A stretch of DNA of 64,000 nt from an uncultured virus (IMG/VR IMGVR_UViG_3300027754_000077) (IMGVR_UViG_3300027754_000077); one strand, 5' to 3'. Positions 30,883-40,190 are shown, numbered from the stretch's first letter. Numbers and translations are program-made. The notes: generated by a model from the letters alone, not told the origin.

Positions 30883-32196
30883 ATGCAAAGAAAAACTCTA
30901 ACACAATCTCAAATTGACGAGATTAATTCTAAAAACTTAAGTAAAAAAGAAATTTCAGAATACTTGAAAGTTTCCATGCCAACGGTTTCTTTATTATGCA
31001 AAGAATACAACTTATCACACAACGCTGATAAAAGAAAGTATAAGCCAAATGACAATTACTTCAAAACATGGTCTAATGAAATGGCATATTTTCTTGGATT
31101 ACTTGTTGCAGATGGACATGTGAGAAAACAAAACAACATAATTATGCTCAATCTAAAAAAGACTGATGAAGCAATTATCCAAAATCTTAAAGAAGCAATT
31201 GAATACGATGGTCCAATTTATACAATAAATAAAAAAGATGGGCAACCACAGGCTTGCCTTACTGTAAGCTCGAAAGAAATGGTTAAAGATTTAAATGGCT
31301 TAGGGCTATCTGGTAATAAAACTTATGATTTCGATTGGGTAAAAGACATTCCAGATGAATTCGTTTCAGATTTTGTAAGAGGAGTTTTTGATGGAGACGG
31401 CTGTGTTTATATTAGTACTATTAAAAAGGGCTATTCTGCATCAATTGTTGGCACATATAAACTAACCGAGAACATAAAAAAATATTATGAAAATTATATT
31501 GGTAAAAAATGTGGATACTTAAACAAAAGAGGAAATGTACAATTCATCGAATATAACGGTAGATACAACGCCTTATCTTTTTTAAACTGGATTTACACAA
31601 ACTCAACACAATCTACAAGACTAGGCAGAAAATATGATTTATATCTTCAGCTTAAAGACACAATCTGCGAAACTGAACAATCTCCAAATAATTCAAATAT
31701 TTCTCAAGAAATAGCAAACGAAATAAGAAATGAAAAGTTTGCTCACCTCACTGCAAAAGAAATTGCTTTAGAACTAGGAATAAGTGAGCATATTGTAAAT
31801 GATGTGAGAAGTAACAGAACTTGGATAGATAATTCGTTTAATCCAAAAAAGAAAACCAAAAACACAATCTTAATTACTTACAACAACAAAACTCAGACAA
31901 TTAAAGAATGGTCTGAAGAGCTTGGCATACCTTATTCAACAATAGATAGAAGGCTAAGAAGTAATTTACCTATTGAACAAGTGCTGAGTGTTGAGGAATT
32001 GCCTAAAACTAAAACAAAACAATCTGAGAAAGATAAATTGGCATATGAGCTTGCATTTAATCTTCGCACAGATTACAAAAATGGCTTGAAAGGTAAGGTA
32101 TTATATGAACAAAAATATGGAATCAAAAAATCGCGTTATATTGATATTATTGGTAATAGAACTTGCAAGGAAGATAATGTTTGGTGGCAGAACTAA
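30883..32196 (+). CDS. Free-standing LAGLIDADG homing endonuclease with HTH-like DNA-binding segments
   Basis: Two motifs AYFLGLLVADG and FVRGVFDGDG; C-terminal TQTIKEWSEELGIPYSTIDRRL. Confidence 0.85.
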   Translation: MQRKTLTQSQIDEINSKNLSKKEISEYLKVSMPTVSLLCKEYNLSHNADKRKYKPNDNYFKTWSNEMAYFLGLLVADGHVRKQNNIIMLNLKKTDEAIIQNLKEAIEYDGPIYTINKKDGQPQACLTVSSKEMVKDLNGLGLSGNKTYDFDWVKDIPDEFVSDFVRGVFDGDGCVYISTIKKGYSASIVGTYKLTENIKKYYENYIGKKCGYLNKRGNVQFIEYNGRYNALSFLNWIYTNSTQSTRLGRKYDLYLQLKDTICETEQSPNNSNISQEIANEIRNEKFAHLTAKEIALELGISEHIVNDVRSNRTWIDNSFNPKKKTKNTILITYNNKTQTIKEWSEELGIPYSTIDRRLRSNLPIEQVLSVEELPKTKTKQSEKDKLAYELAFNLRTDYKNGLKGKVLYEQKYGIKKSRYIDIIGNRTCKEDNVWWQN

Positions 32197-32225
32197 TATA
32201 TATACACAATCTGTGTGAGGCATCT

Positions 32226-32606
32226 ATGAATAAACACAATCTAATGAAAAAAATTGCATCTGTGGCTACAGAGCTTGACTATAATGGTTTTGAAAAAGAA
32301 GCAAAAAAAGTTGACAGTTTGTTGATCAAACTTGCTGCAGAGTTGACATCACCTGAATTTCCTGATGACCCAGATGACCGAGATTATCCTGAATGGGTTT
32401 ATAGTTATATTCTTAAACCTGATGATGAAGACTACAACGAAAAATATGACAAAAATTCACCCGCATTTGATCCAGAAACACTGCTCATAGATTATGACAG
32501 AAGAAAAATAAACGGTGCAGAATTTAATGAGAGACCAGATATTGGATGGGATGAATATTATTATCCAGAACCAGATTATCCTGATCGCTATGATGAAGAT
32601 TATTAA
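32226..32606 (+). CDS. Acidic protein with shared L[DE]xxG leader
   Basis: IASVATELDYNGFEKEAKKVDSLLIKLAA; GAGG RBS before ATG 32226. Confidence 0.6.
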   Translation: MNKHNLMKKIASVATELDYNGFEKEAKKVDSLLIKLAAELTSPEFPDDPDDRDYPEWVYSYILKPDDEDYNEKYDKNSPAFDPETLLIDYDRRKINGAEFNERPDIGWDEYYYPEPDYPDRYDEDY

Positions 32607-32621
32607 TTGTAAAATTATACT

Positions 32622-32870
32622 ATGAACGAATTTGAAAATTTTATTAAAAAAGAAAATGAGCGTAGAACTAATATTAATAAATTGGCTGAAGTTTTGAAAT
32701 CAAATTTAGATGCAAAGAATGCTGAAAAAATTCTTCCAGATGGTACAAAGCAAATGGTAACTAAATCATTCAATCCTTTTGGAAAAGAAATTTACACAGC
32801 AAGCAAAGATGGAAAGAACACTATGACATTTTCAACTAAGAAGCAACTCTTAGATTATTTAGGAGAATAA
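32622..32870 (+). CDS. Hypothetical protein
   Basis: 82-aa ORF filling the gap between neighbours. Confidence 0.5.
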   Translation: MNEFENFIKKENERRTNINKLAEVLKSNLDAKNAEKILPDGTKQMVTKSFNPFGKEIYTASKDGKNTMTFSTKKQLLDYLGE

Positions 32871-32873
32871 AAA

Positions 32874-33602
32874 TTGTTTTACGAAGAATATATAAATTTT
32901 TTGAATCAATATCTAATTGCAATGAAAAATAATGAAATTATTTTTCATGAAATCTTTAATCAAAATAAAAACGCTACTTATCCAATTCAGAAAATTTTAG
33001 AACTTGGTGTTCATGTGGGTGAAAATCCAGTTTTTGGAGGTCAATCTACTAAAATTTTTTATGCTCTTTATAACACTTATGGTTTTGAATTTTTACATTC
33101 TCTAGATATTTATAATGGCTGCAGTGAAACAATTGAAATAGTAAAAGATATTTTCAAAGATTTTAAATTACCTTTCCACGAATTTATTGTTTGCAATTCA
33201 ATTGCTTATGAAACAGAAATAAAATATGATTTTATTTTTCTTGATACTAATCATGATAGTGGAACAACACCAAATTTTGGTTTTGAGGGTGAAGTTGATG
33301 GAGCAGGATTTACTTTTTCTGAAATAAATAAGTATAGCAAAATGCTAACAGATAACGGTAGATTTTTACTTCACGATACAAAAATGTTTTATCAAGCCCA
33401 AACATTAGGAAATAATGTTGAAGGGGCTGTTGTAAAATTTATCAGAGAAAACAAAGATTGGGCATTCGTTGAACACAATACAAATGATTGCGGATTAGGC
33501 GAGCTGATTAAAATTAATTCAAAAATTTTTGAATTTTTACAGAGTGAAGAAAAGTACAAAAATTGGCAAATATATTTTGATTCGATTAATTCAAAATATT
33601 AA
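32874..33602 (+). CDS. Class I SAM-dependent methyltransferase
   Basis: ILELGV..G, YDFIFLDTNH and GRFLLHDT motifs. Confidence 0.75.
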   Translation: MFYEEYINFLNQYLIAMKNNEIIFHEIFNQNKNATYPIQKILELGVHVGENPVFGGQSTKIFYALYNTYGFEFLHSLDIYNGCSETIEIVKDIFKDFKLPFHEFIVCNSIAYETEIKYDFIFLDTNHDSGTTPNFGFEGEVDGAGFTFSEINKYSKMLTDNGRFLLHDTKMFYQAQTLGNNVEGAVVKFIRENKDWAFVEHNTNDCGLGELIKINSKIFEFLQSEEKYKNWQIYFDSINSKY

Positions 33603-33623
33603 TTTCCCCCTTTCGGGGGAAAT
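33602..33623. terminator. Hairpin between convergent genes (likely terminator)
   Basis: ATTTCCCCC-TTTC-GGGGGAAAT. Confidence 0.7.
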
Positions 33624-33624
33624 C

Positions 33625-34608
33625 TTATTGACCAAGACCCCAAAGTGGGTATTGAATCATAAGATTTGGATTTGCTCCAAGTCCAACAGTTCCACCAGTG
33701 AAACCTCTTAAAGTTCCAGCGTTGAGATTCATTCCGAAAGCCGGAGTTGCGCTAACACCATATTCAAATGCTGTCGGAGTGTTTGCAAGAAACTTACCAA
33801 GTTGATAATACTTAGCTGATCCATCAGCATGCCCTACAATAACTCCTTGGAATGCAGCTCTAAGCTCATCAGCTTGAGCATTTGGATTTGCAGAGTAATT
33901 TGCTACTTGCAGACCAAGCTCCCAAGCCCAATATTCTCTCACTGCGGGGGGGAATACCGTAACAGAATTAGAGGATGAATCTGTTCCATAGGCGATTGGA
34001 ACCACGCCAATTTGAAGATTTCCTGATTCCATAAGAATCCCTGCAGCTGATGTATTAGGAATAGCAGTCATAGAACCGCCTAGCCATGAATTTCTAAACA
34101 TGGTGGATGATCCAGCGGCACGATTCCAAGTATTAAGTTGACCTGTCAGAGACGTGTTAAGAAGATAACTTCCTGTTACCTGACCACATTGAGTCCAAGA
34201 GCCACTTGGACAGGAAGGCGTAGGAGCGTTAACATTGCCCCTTGATGTATTGAAGTACAACTGTACGTTTTTAACATAAGGTTGTGTCCATTTTTGCCAA
34301 GAGAAGTGATTCACACGATGCGCAAAACCTGCAGAAACACCACAATTTACTGTGGTTCCAGCCGGAATTGTATTTAAACTGCCATTCAAACTAGAGTTTG
34401 CAATACAGTCGTCATTGCGTGGATACATATCATCATTATCAGCACCATACATGGTGATACCAAGAGAAATTTGCTTTTGGTTACTAATACCTGCGGCTTT
34501 CTTAGCAGCAGCTTTTGCTTGTGCGAAAACTGGAAAGAGGATGGCGGCAAGGATAGCGATAATGGCAATTACTACGAGAAGTTCAATTAAAGTAAATGCT
34601 TTTTTCAC
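33625..34608 (-). CDS. Prepilin-type N-terminal cleavage/methylation domain protein
   Basis: KKAFTLIELLVVIAIIAILAAILFPVFAQAKAAAKK...SNQKQI.LG..MY..D.DD.YP and C-terminal GHADGSAK. Confidence 0.9.
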   Translation of the reverse strand: MKKAFTLIELLVVIAIIAILAAILFPVFAQAKAAAKKAAGISNQKQISLGITMYGADNDDMYPRNDDCIANSSLNGSLNTIPAGTTVNCGVSAGFAHRVNHFSWQKWTQPYVKNVQLYFNTSRGNVNAPTPSCPSGSWTQCGQVTGSYLLNTSLTGQLNTWNRAAGSSTMFRNSWLGGSMTAIPNTSAAGILMESGNLQIGVVPIAYGTDSSSNSVTVFPPAVREYWAWELGLQVANYSANPNAQADELRAAFQGVIVGHADGSAKYYQLGKFLANTPTAFEYGVSATPAFGMNLNAGTLRGFTGGTVGLGANPNLMIQYPLWGLGQ

Positions 34609-34661
34609 ATTTATATTATACGTAATAAAGGGTAAAGTTCTTAATATTGTAAAAGAAAATT

Positions 34662-34877
34662 ATGAAAGTTTCTTTTCGAAACTTAGAAAAAAATGTTTTA
34701 GCCGTAATCTCAGATTGTGTGTGTGATAAGAGATTTATGGAGCTTGGATTCTTACCTGGAAAAGAAATTGAAATTGTTTCTGAGTGTCCTTTTGGTGGAA
34801 CAGTAATAATCAAAACAGATTGTGGTAATTTGTGTGTTAGAAGAAATGAATTAAATTTAATTTTGGATACAAAATAA
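34662..34877 (+). CDS. feoA: FeoA-family protein
   Basis: RFMELGFLPGKEIEIV...PFGG.VII....NLCVRRNE. Confidence 0.75.
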   Translation: MKVSFRNLEKNVLAVISDCVCDKRFMELGFLPGKEIEIVSECPFGGTVIIKTDCGNLCVRRNELNLILDTK

Positions 34878-34913
34878 AAAGGTAAAAAACAAATAACTTC
34901 ATAAAAAATCATT

Positions 34914-35783
34914 ATGAGTTTTTCTGAAATTTTAATGAAACTTGCTGAAAAAAAAGCATTAGAAGGCGACGTGAGCATGGCATACAGTTTAATGTCAGAA
35001 GTTGAAAAAAAAGATGATAATGAATCTTTAGCTGAAATGCTTAAGAATGGAAAAGATAAAGAAGAAAAAAATTCTAAAAAAGCAGCTAATGAATTGTACC
35101 AACAAGCATATGATGAGTTATTTGGCGATTTAGTAGATAGCGGTATGTCAGAAAAAGAAGCAGAGCGATATTTGGAAAAGAATGATCATCTTGTTCATGA
35201 TAAATATGTAGATATTATTTCTGGTAAAATTGATATGGCTAGAATGCAAGAAAAAGATGCATTTTCATCTACTTTAAATTCGATGATCAATAAATATGCT
35301 AGTGAAGGGAAAAAAGGCTCTTATAAAGATAAAATTAAATCTATGGATGGATTCATGAAGATGGATGGTAAAGCTTTTTGTTTTACCAATAATGCTCAAG
35401 CGAAAAAAGCACTTGCAGTAGCTGAACAAGCCGCAAACTTTTTGAACTGGCAAGTGATGAAAGGTGATGGTTGTTTTAAATTAATGGAAGCGGGCATGGA
35501 TAAAAAATCTTCTGTATTGAAAAATTTAATTAGAAAATATGCTGGTTTTGATGATTATGATGTGCCAGAGTCTGGTACAACAATTGAAGAAATGTATGAT
35601 GAAGATCCTAGCGAAAATTATGAAGACAAGGATAACATTATCACAGATGGTTTTTACGCTGGTTTAAAAAACATGGACAATAATCCTCATGTTGAAAATA
35701 GCTATGAACACACAATGTGGCAAATGGGTTTTGAAGCAGGAAAAGAAATTTCTGATCATTTCAAAATAATTTCGGAGAAATAA
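34914..35783 (+). CDS. Hypothetical acidic protein, probably internal head protein
   Basis: Repeated MKLA/NKYA/RKYA motifs. Confidence 0.55.
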   Translation: MSFSEILMKLAEKKALEGDVSMAYSLMSEVEKKDDNESLAEMLKNGKDKEEKNSKKAANELYQQAYDELFGDLVDSGMSEKEAERYLEKNDHLVHDKYVDIISGKIDMARMQEKDAFSSTLNSMINKYASEGKKGSYKDKIKSMDGFMKMDGKAFCFTNNAQAKKALAVAEQAANFLNWQVMKGDGCFKLMEAGMDKKSSVLKNLIRKYAGFDDYDVPESGTTIEEMYDEDPSENYEDKDNIITDGFYAGLKNMDNNPHVENSYEHTMWQMGFEAGKEISDHFKIISEK

Positions 35784-36524
35784 ATGAACAAATTGGCACA
35801 CAATCTGGCTTCAGTTGCGGAAGAACTTTATAAAGAAGGTTTTTTTAGAGAATCAAAAAATCTTTTTTTCACAGCAGTAAAACTAGCACATGAAGAGAAC
35901 CCATTAATGAAAGTTTTGGAAGAATTCGGGTTTGAACCATCAAATATTTACGAATATGGTGATGATGATAAGTTAGACAGTGTGCATTCTTCAACCACTT
36001 CTGTTCATAAAGATGAGCCAGAAGGTTCACAAGAAATTTGGGTTGTTTTTAATCCAGAAAAAAAGAAATTAGAATATGGTTACATGTATGATTCTGAAGA
36101 TAGCCATAAACATAAGTATTTTGATAGTTTAGAAGATTTGCTTACTGATGTTGCTGAACAAGAAGATGAATCAGAAGATGAATCAGATTGTGGTTGCGGA
36201 TGCGGCGGCAACGGAAATTGCAAAACAGCTTCTAAGAAAAAAAATCAAGGTAAGAAACTTAACAAACCTTTCAGAACACCAGGTGGTCCTAAAAAATTCT
36301 CAGTTTATGTAAAAAATGATAAGGGCAATGTTGTTAAAGTTAATTTTGGTGACCCTAAGAGAAGTATCAAGCGTGACCAACCAGGAAGATTAAAAAATTT
36401 CAGAGCAAGACATAGATGTGATTCTGACCCAAGAGCAAAAGATAAAACCACAGCAAAGTACTGGTCATGTAAGTTTTGGCAAAAAAATAAACCTGTTTCT
36501 GGCTTACTTAAAGGCAAAAAATAA
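35784..36524 (+). CDS. Protein with shared N-terminal leader and basic Cys/His C-terminal domain seen in large viruses
   Basis: LASVAEELYKEGFFRES leader; KKFSVYVK...VNFGDP...NFRARHRC...YWSC domain. Confidence 0.6.
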   Translation: MNKLAHNLASVAEELYKEGFFRESKNLFFTAVKLAHEENPLMKVLEEFGFEPSNIYEYGDDDKLDSVHSSTTSVHKDEPEGSQEIWVVFNPEKKKLEYGYMYDSEDSHKHKYFDSLEDLLTDVAEQEDESEDESDCGCGCGGNGNCKTASKKKNQGKKLNKPFRTPGGPKKFSVYVKNDKGNVVKVNFGDPKRSIKRDQPGRLKNFRARHRCDSDPRAKDKTTAKYWSCKFWQKNKPVSGLLKGKK

Positions 36525-36527
36525 TTT

Positions 36528-36806
36528 ATGTTTGGGAATTTTAATTTTATCAATTTTTTCAAAAAAATGAATCCTCAAACTTTATCATCTGTTGCGGATG
36601 AATTAGATAGCTTTGGTATGCACAGACAGGCAAGCGACATTGATACTTTTTTGAGACAAGCTGCTTATAATGCTCCAAGAGCTGGCAAGAAAAAGAAAAG
36701 ATGGAGCGTAAAATATAAGAAAAACATAAACTGTGATAATCCTAAAGGCTTTTCTCAAAAACAATATTGTAAGAGAAAAAGACAGGGCGGAGAATATAAA
36801 TCATAA
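36528..36806 (+). CDS. Small basic protein with shared L[DE]xxG leader
   Basis: VADELDSFGMHRQASDIDTFLRQAA, then WSVKYKKNINCDNPKGFSQKQYC. Confidence 0.6.
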   Translation: MFGNFNFINFFKKMNPQTLSSVADELDSFGMHRQASDIDTFLRQAAYNAPRAGKKKKRWSVKYKKNINCDNPKGFSQKQYCKRKRQGGEYKS

Positions 36807-36821
36807 TTGTACAAATAAAGA

Positions 36822-37691
36822 ATGATTCAAAAAGGAATTATTCTTGCTGGTGGTACAGGTTCCAGGCTATTCCCTGTCACACAATCTGTAAGTAAACAAC
36901 TTTTGCCTGTATATGATAAACCCATGATCTACTATCCTTTGTCAACATTGATGCGATGTGGCATTCGAGATGTTTTAATAATTACTACTCCACACGAGCA
37001 AAGTCTATTCCAAAATCTTTTAAGAGATGGGTCACAGTGGAATATGAATATTTCATATGAAATACAAAAAACGCCAGATGGTTTAGCTCAAGCTTTTCTA
37101 ATAGGTGAAAAATTCATCAATGGAGAGGCTGTGGCATTGATTCTGGGCGATAATATATTTTATGGAGGAAATCTTATGGAAGAATGTGAAAAGGCTGTAG
37201 AAAGTGATTGTGCCACAATATTTGCATATCACGTAAATGAGCCAGAACATTATGGTGTAGTAGAATTTGATAACAATAATGTGCCTTTAAGTATTTCAGA
37301 AAAACCAATTAATCCAAAATCTAATTATGCTGTGACAGGGCTATATTTTTATGATGAAAATGTAGTGGAAATTGCCAAAAATGTTAAACCATCAAACAGA
37401 GGCGAATTAGAAATAACATCTGTAAATAATGAGTATTTGTCACAAAAAAAATTAATTGTGGCTAAATTGTCTCGTGGATCCACTTGGTTTGATGCTGGTA
37501 CATTTGATAATTTACTAGAAGTAAGTAATTATGTGGCATCAATTCAAAATAGGCAAGGAATGGTTATAGCCAGCCCAGATGAAATAGCATACAGGAACAA
37601 ATGGATAACACAATCTGAATTAGAAAATTTAATAAACTCTTATGGCAAGAGCTTATATTCAAAACAACTTAAAATTAGTTTAGAGAATTGA
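36822..37691 (+). CDS. rmlA: Glucose-1-phosphate thymidylyltransferase
   Basis: KGIILAGGTGSRLFP, SKQLLPVYDKPMIYYPL, ILGDNIFYG, EKP, RGELEIT, WFDAGT. Confidence 0.95.
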   Translation: MIQKGIILAGGTGSRLFPVTQSVSKQLLPVYDKPMIYYPLSTLMRCGIRDVLIITTPHEQSLFQNLLRDGSQWNMNISYEIQKTPDGLAQAFLIGEKFINGEAVALILGDNIFYGGNLMEECEKAVESDCATIFAYHVNEPEHYGVVEFDNNNVPLSISEKPINPKSNYAVTGLYFYDENVVEIAKNVKPSNRGELEITSVNNEYLSQKKLIVAKLSRGSTWFDAGTFDNLLEVSNYVASIQNRQGMVIASPDEIAYRNKWITQSELENLINSYGKSLYSKQLKISLEN

Positions 37692-37970
37692 AAATATTTT
37701 TTTTGTTATTTGTAAAGCTTTTTCAAAGGCATGTCTTTCTGACAATGCTAAATCATAATCTTCATCATTATATTTAATTGAATCTAAATAATTTTGAATA
37801 TTTTGTATCTCTGTATTTAAAGCATTTACTAATTCATGTGCAAGGGAATTATTTTCATTTTCATGTGAAGTAATTTTTGGCTTTGACTGCTGGGGTTTAA
37901 AATCTTCAATGCCCTGACTGATAACAGTGCGAACAATTGGAGCTACAGATGCTTTCTTGAAAATTGGCAT
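37680..37970 (-). CDS. Hypothetical protein
   Basis: 96-aa ORF starting MPIFKKAS. Confidence 0.5.
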   Translation of the reverse strand: MPIFKKASVAPIVRTVISQGIEDFKPQQSKPKITSHENENNSLAHELVNALNTEIQNIQNYLDSIKYNDEDYDLALSERHAFEKALQITKKIFSIL

Positions 37971-37975
37971 ATTAT

Positions 37976-38419
37976 TTATTTCTTTTCTTCTGTTTTATTT
38001 TCCTTTTGCATATTCACAGACATGCCCACTACTTGATAGTAGTTTTTTCGCCCGATTTTATTCATTGTAAAAACACAATCTGAATAAACAATATTTATTC
38101 TTTTTTCATCAAAAATATACTTTTCAGGTTCTCCAAATTTTTTAATAACAGATTTGAAATCTGACATCAAACCCACACCTTTGTATTTCACAGATTTATT
38201 AACACCATATGCCTCAAGCGTCACCACTTGGCTAGATTTATTAGTAATAGCAGTGAGGAGATAAGCATCTCTTGTAAATGTGAAAGATTGATATTCTTTA
38301 TCTTCTGACTCTTCTATGATAATTGGATTGCCAAATCTAGAAGTAATATTTACCAAAGAAGGAGACTGATTAAAACCTAGAAAACCAGGAAAAGTAGATA
38401 ATAGTAAAAATGACCACAT
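37976..38419 (-). CDS. Putative exported/envelope protein
   Basis: Hydrophobic N-terminus; two V..+FG.P repeats. Confidence 0.5.
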   Translation of the reverse strand: MWSFLLLSTFPGFLGFNQSPSLVNITSRFGNPIIIEESEDKEYQSFTFTRDAYLLTAITNKSSQVVTLEAYGVNKSVKYKGVGLMSDFKSVIKKFGEPEKYIFDEKRINIVYSDCVFTMNKIGRKNYYQVVGMSVNMQKENKTEEKK

Positions 38420-38453
38420 AGGTTTTTATACGAAAATTGTATAAATTAATTAC

Positions 38454-38693
38454 ATGGCTTTAGACAAGTGGAACATAACTGCTATTGCGCAAGAAGAAGC
38501 TTACAGAGCAATTCAACAATACAAAATTGAAGAAAAAATACAAGCCTCAATGCAAGAAGAGCTTGATGTTAAAATAAAACAAGAAATTGACAAACAATTT
38601 GCTGAAATGAGAGAAGCTGTTAAAATCATGAATGAACAAATATTGATACTTAAAAATGCAATGGAAATCTTCGTTAAAAAACACAATAAGTAA
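38454..38693 (+). CDS. Small coiled-coil protein
   Basis: Heptad-like helical composition. Confidence 0.5.
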   Translation: MALDKWNITAIAQEEAYRAIQQYKIEEKIQASMQEELDVKIKQEIDKQFAEMREAVKIMNEQILILKNAMEIFVKKHNK

Positions 38694-39132
38694 AATTATC
38701 TTTAGTAGTCCAATAGCTTTATTTCTTGGAATTGGTGTACTTGTAGCAACAGATATTTTACAGCCAAGTTATTTTAAAAATTTATCAATTTATTATCCTT
38801 ATTTTTTAGTGGCACTATTTGTGGGTTATCTTGCTGTTTTTCTTGCTACTTCTTACATTTCTGCTACAAGCTCAAAATTCAGAGCAATTTTTTTTATGAT
38901 TGTTTTTATGATAATTGAAGGATTGTTTTCTTTTTTAGCAATGCAAACATATTATGGTGAAGAAAAAATTCCAGTTATCAGAATTATTTCTGCTTTGTGT
39001 TTGCCATTGGTTTTTAGTTTATTTTATTTTTTGAAAATAATTGATGTGGAAAAAAATGTAAAATCATATATAGATGAAAGCGAATTTTTTAAAAATTTTG
39101 ATGAGCTTGAGCGTAGCAAGCCTAATTTTTAG
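38656..39132 (+). CDS. Membrane protein (about 4 TM segments)
   Basis: Four hydrophobic stretches. Confidence 0.6.
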   Translation: MQWKSSLKNTISKIIFSSPIALFLGIGVLVATDILQPSYFKNLSIYYPYFLVALFVGYLAVFLATSYISATSSKFRAIFFMIVFMIIEGLFSFLAMQTYYGEEKIPVIRIISALCLPLVFSLFYFLKIIDVEKNVKSYIDESEFFKNFDELERSKPNF

Positions 39133-39613
39133 TTGTACCAAACAATCTCCTCAACACAATCTCATTTTAGTTGATATTTCTGGATCAAACGAAATCAATA
39201 TACAAAAAACATTAAATAAAATCAATGAAATTTATTTAGAAAGTGGTCCCCAAGATTATTTTGATATTTATTTTTTTTCTTCAGTAAAATTCCTTGCTTA
39301 TACTGGAAACAAGTTCAGCAAAGATCGTGATTTTTTGCCTTTTATAAAACTAGGATATGAAAAAACAAAACAAATTAAAGTAAAAGAAGGCACATCGTTT
39401 GAAATTTGTAAAAATTTGATTGAAAATTCAAAATCACATAATTCTATATATTTACTGACTGATGGTTTTTTTGAAGATTCAAAAATCACAAAAATTCAAA
39501 ATCAACCTTCAGTAAAAATTAATATAATTGGGCTTGCAATTCAAAATAATGAACCTATTTTAAATGCTTTTAATAGTCCATCTGTAGTAAAAATTGATTT
39601 TCAAGGAAAATAA
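39074..39613 (+). CDS. Lipoprotein with vWA-like domain
   Basis: Lipobox LIFSC; ILVDISGS (DxSxS) and YLLTDG MIDAS-type motifs. Confidence 0.65.
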   Translation: MKANFLKILMSLSVASLIFSCTKQSPQHNLILVDISGSNEINIQKTLNKINEIYLESGPQDYFDIYFFSSVKFLAYTGNKFSKDRDFLPFIKLGYEKTKQIKVKEGTSFEICKNLIENSKSHNSIYLLTDGFFEDSKITKIQNQPSVKINIIGLAIQNNEPILNAFNSPSVVKIDFQGK

Positions 39614-39638
39614 CATTTTGAATTAGAAAAATAAAGAT

Positions 39639-40190
39639 ATGCTGGATCTTTATTTGTTTGAAATTGAATGCGCTGAAAAAATTGGCGCTTTTAAAATAGC
39701 TGATTCAATTCAAAATAGAATGATTAAAGAGGCGTCAAAAAACTATAGGAAAATTGTTGAGCAAGTAAAATTAAATCCAAATGTAAAAGACGCAACTTAT
39801 TATAAAAATTTAGATAAACTTATTGTTTCTTTAAATCAAGACGTGACAAATGCAGAAAAAAATAAAATTAAAGAAAAGGCAAAAGATTTAAAAATTCAAT
39901 TCAAATACAGCTCGAAAAAGACCATTGATGAATTGTTGCTGGAAAAAAGCATTGACCCAGTAGATGTCCAAATAGAAGAAATCAAAAAAAAATACAACAC
40001 AGATGATCATATTGACTTAGACATTTTTGATGAAGATCAGGAACCCACAACTGAACAATTGGAATTTACTGAAGAGTTTCCAGAATTTTTAAGTGAAGAT
40101 GACGATGACGAATTGAGTTTTGATCAACTTTTATTATTGATTGCCTTAGAAGATATGAAAAAAAATCCTAAGTTTAACGAATCTCGTTAA
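39639..40190 (+). CDS. Protein with shared xxG.F..AD leader and acidic tail
   Basis: AEKIGAFKIADSIQNRMIKEAS. Confidence 0.55.
   Translation: MLDLYLFEIECAEKIGAFKIADSIQNRMIKEASKNYRKIVEQVKLNPNVKDATYYKNLDKLIVSLNQDVTNAEKNKIKEKAKDLKIQFKYSSKKTIDELLLEKSIDPVDVQIEEIKKKYNTDDHIDLDIFDEDQEPTTEQLEFTEEFPEFLSEDDDDELSFDQLLLLIALEDMKKNPKFNESR

Noticed and set aside
34352..34978. ORFs 34352-34726 and 34616-34978
   Set aside because: They overlap the better-supported prepilin and FeoA genes
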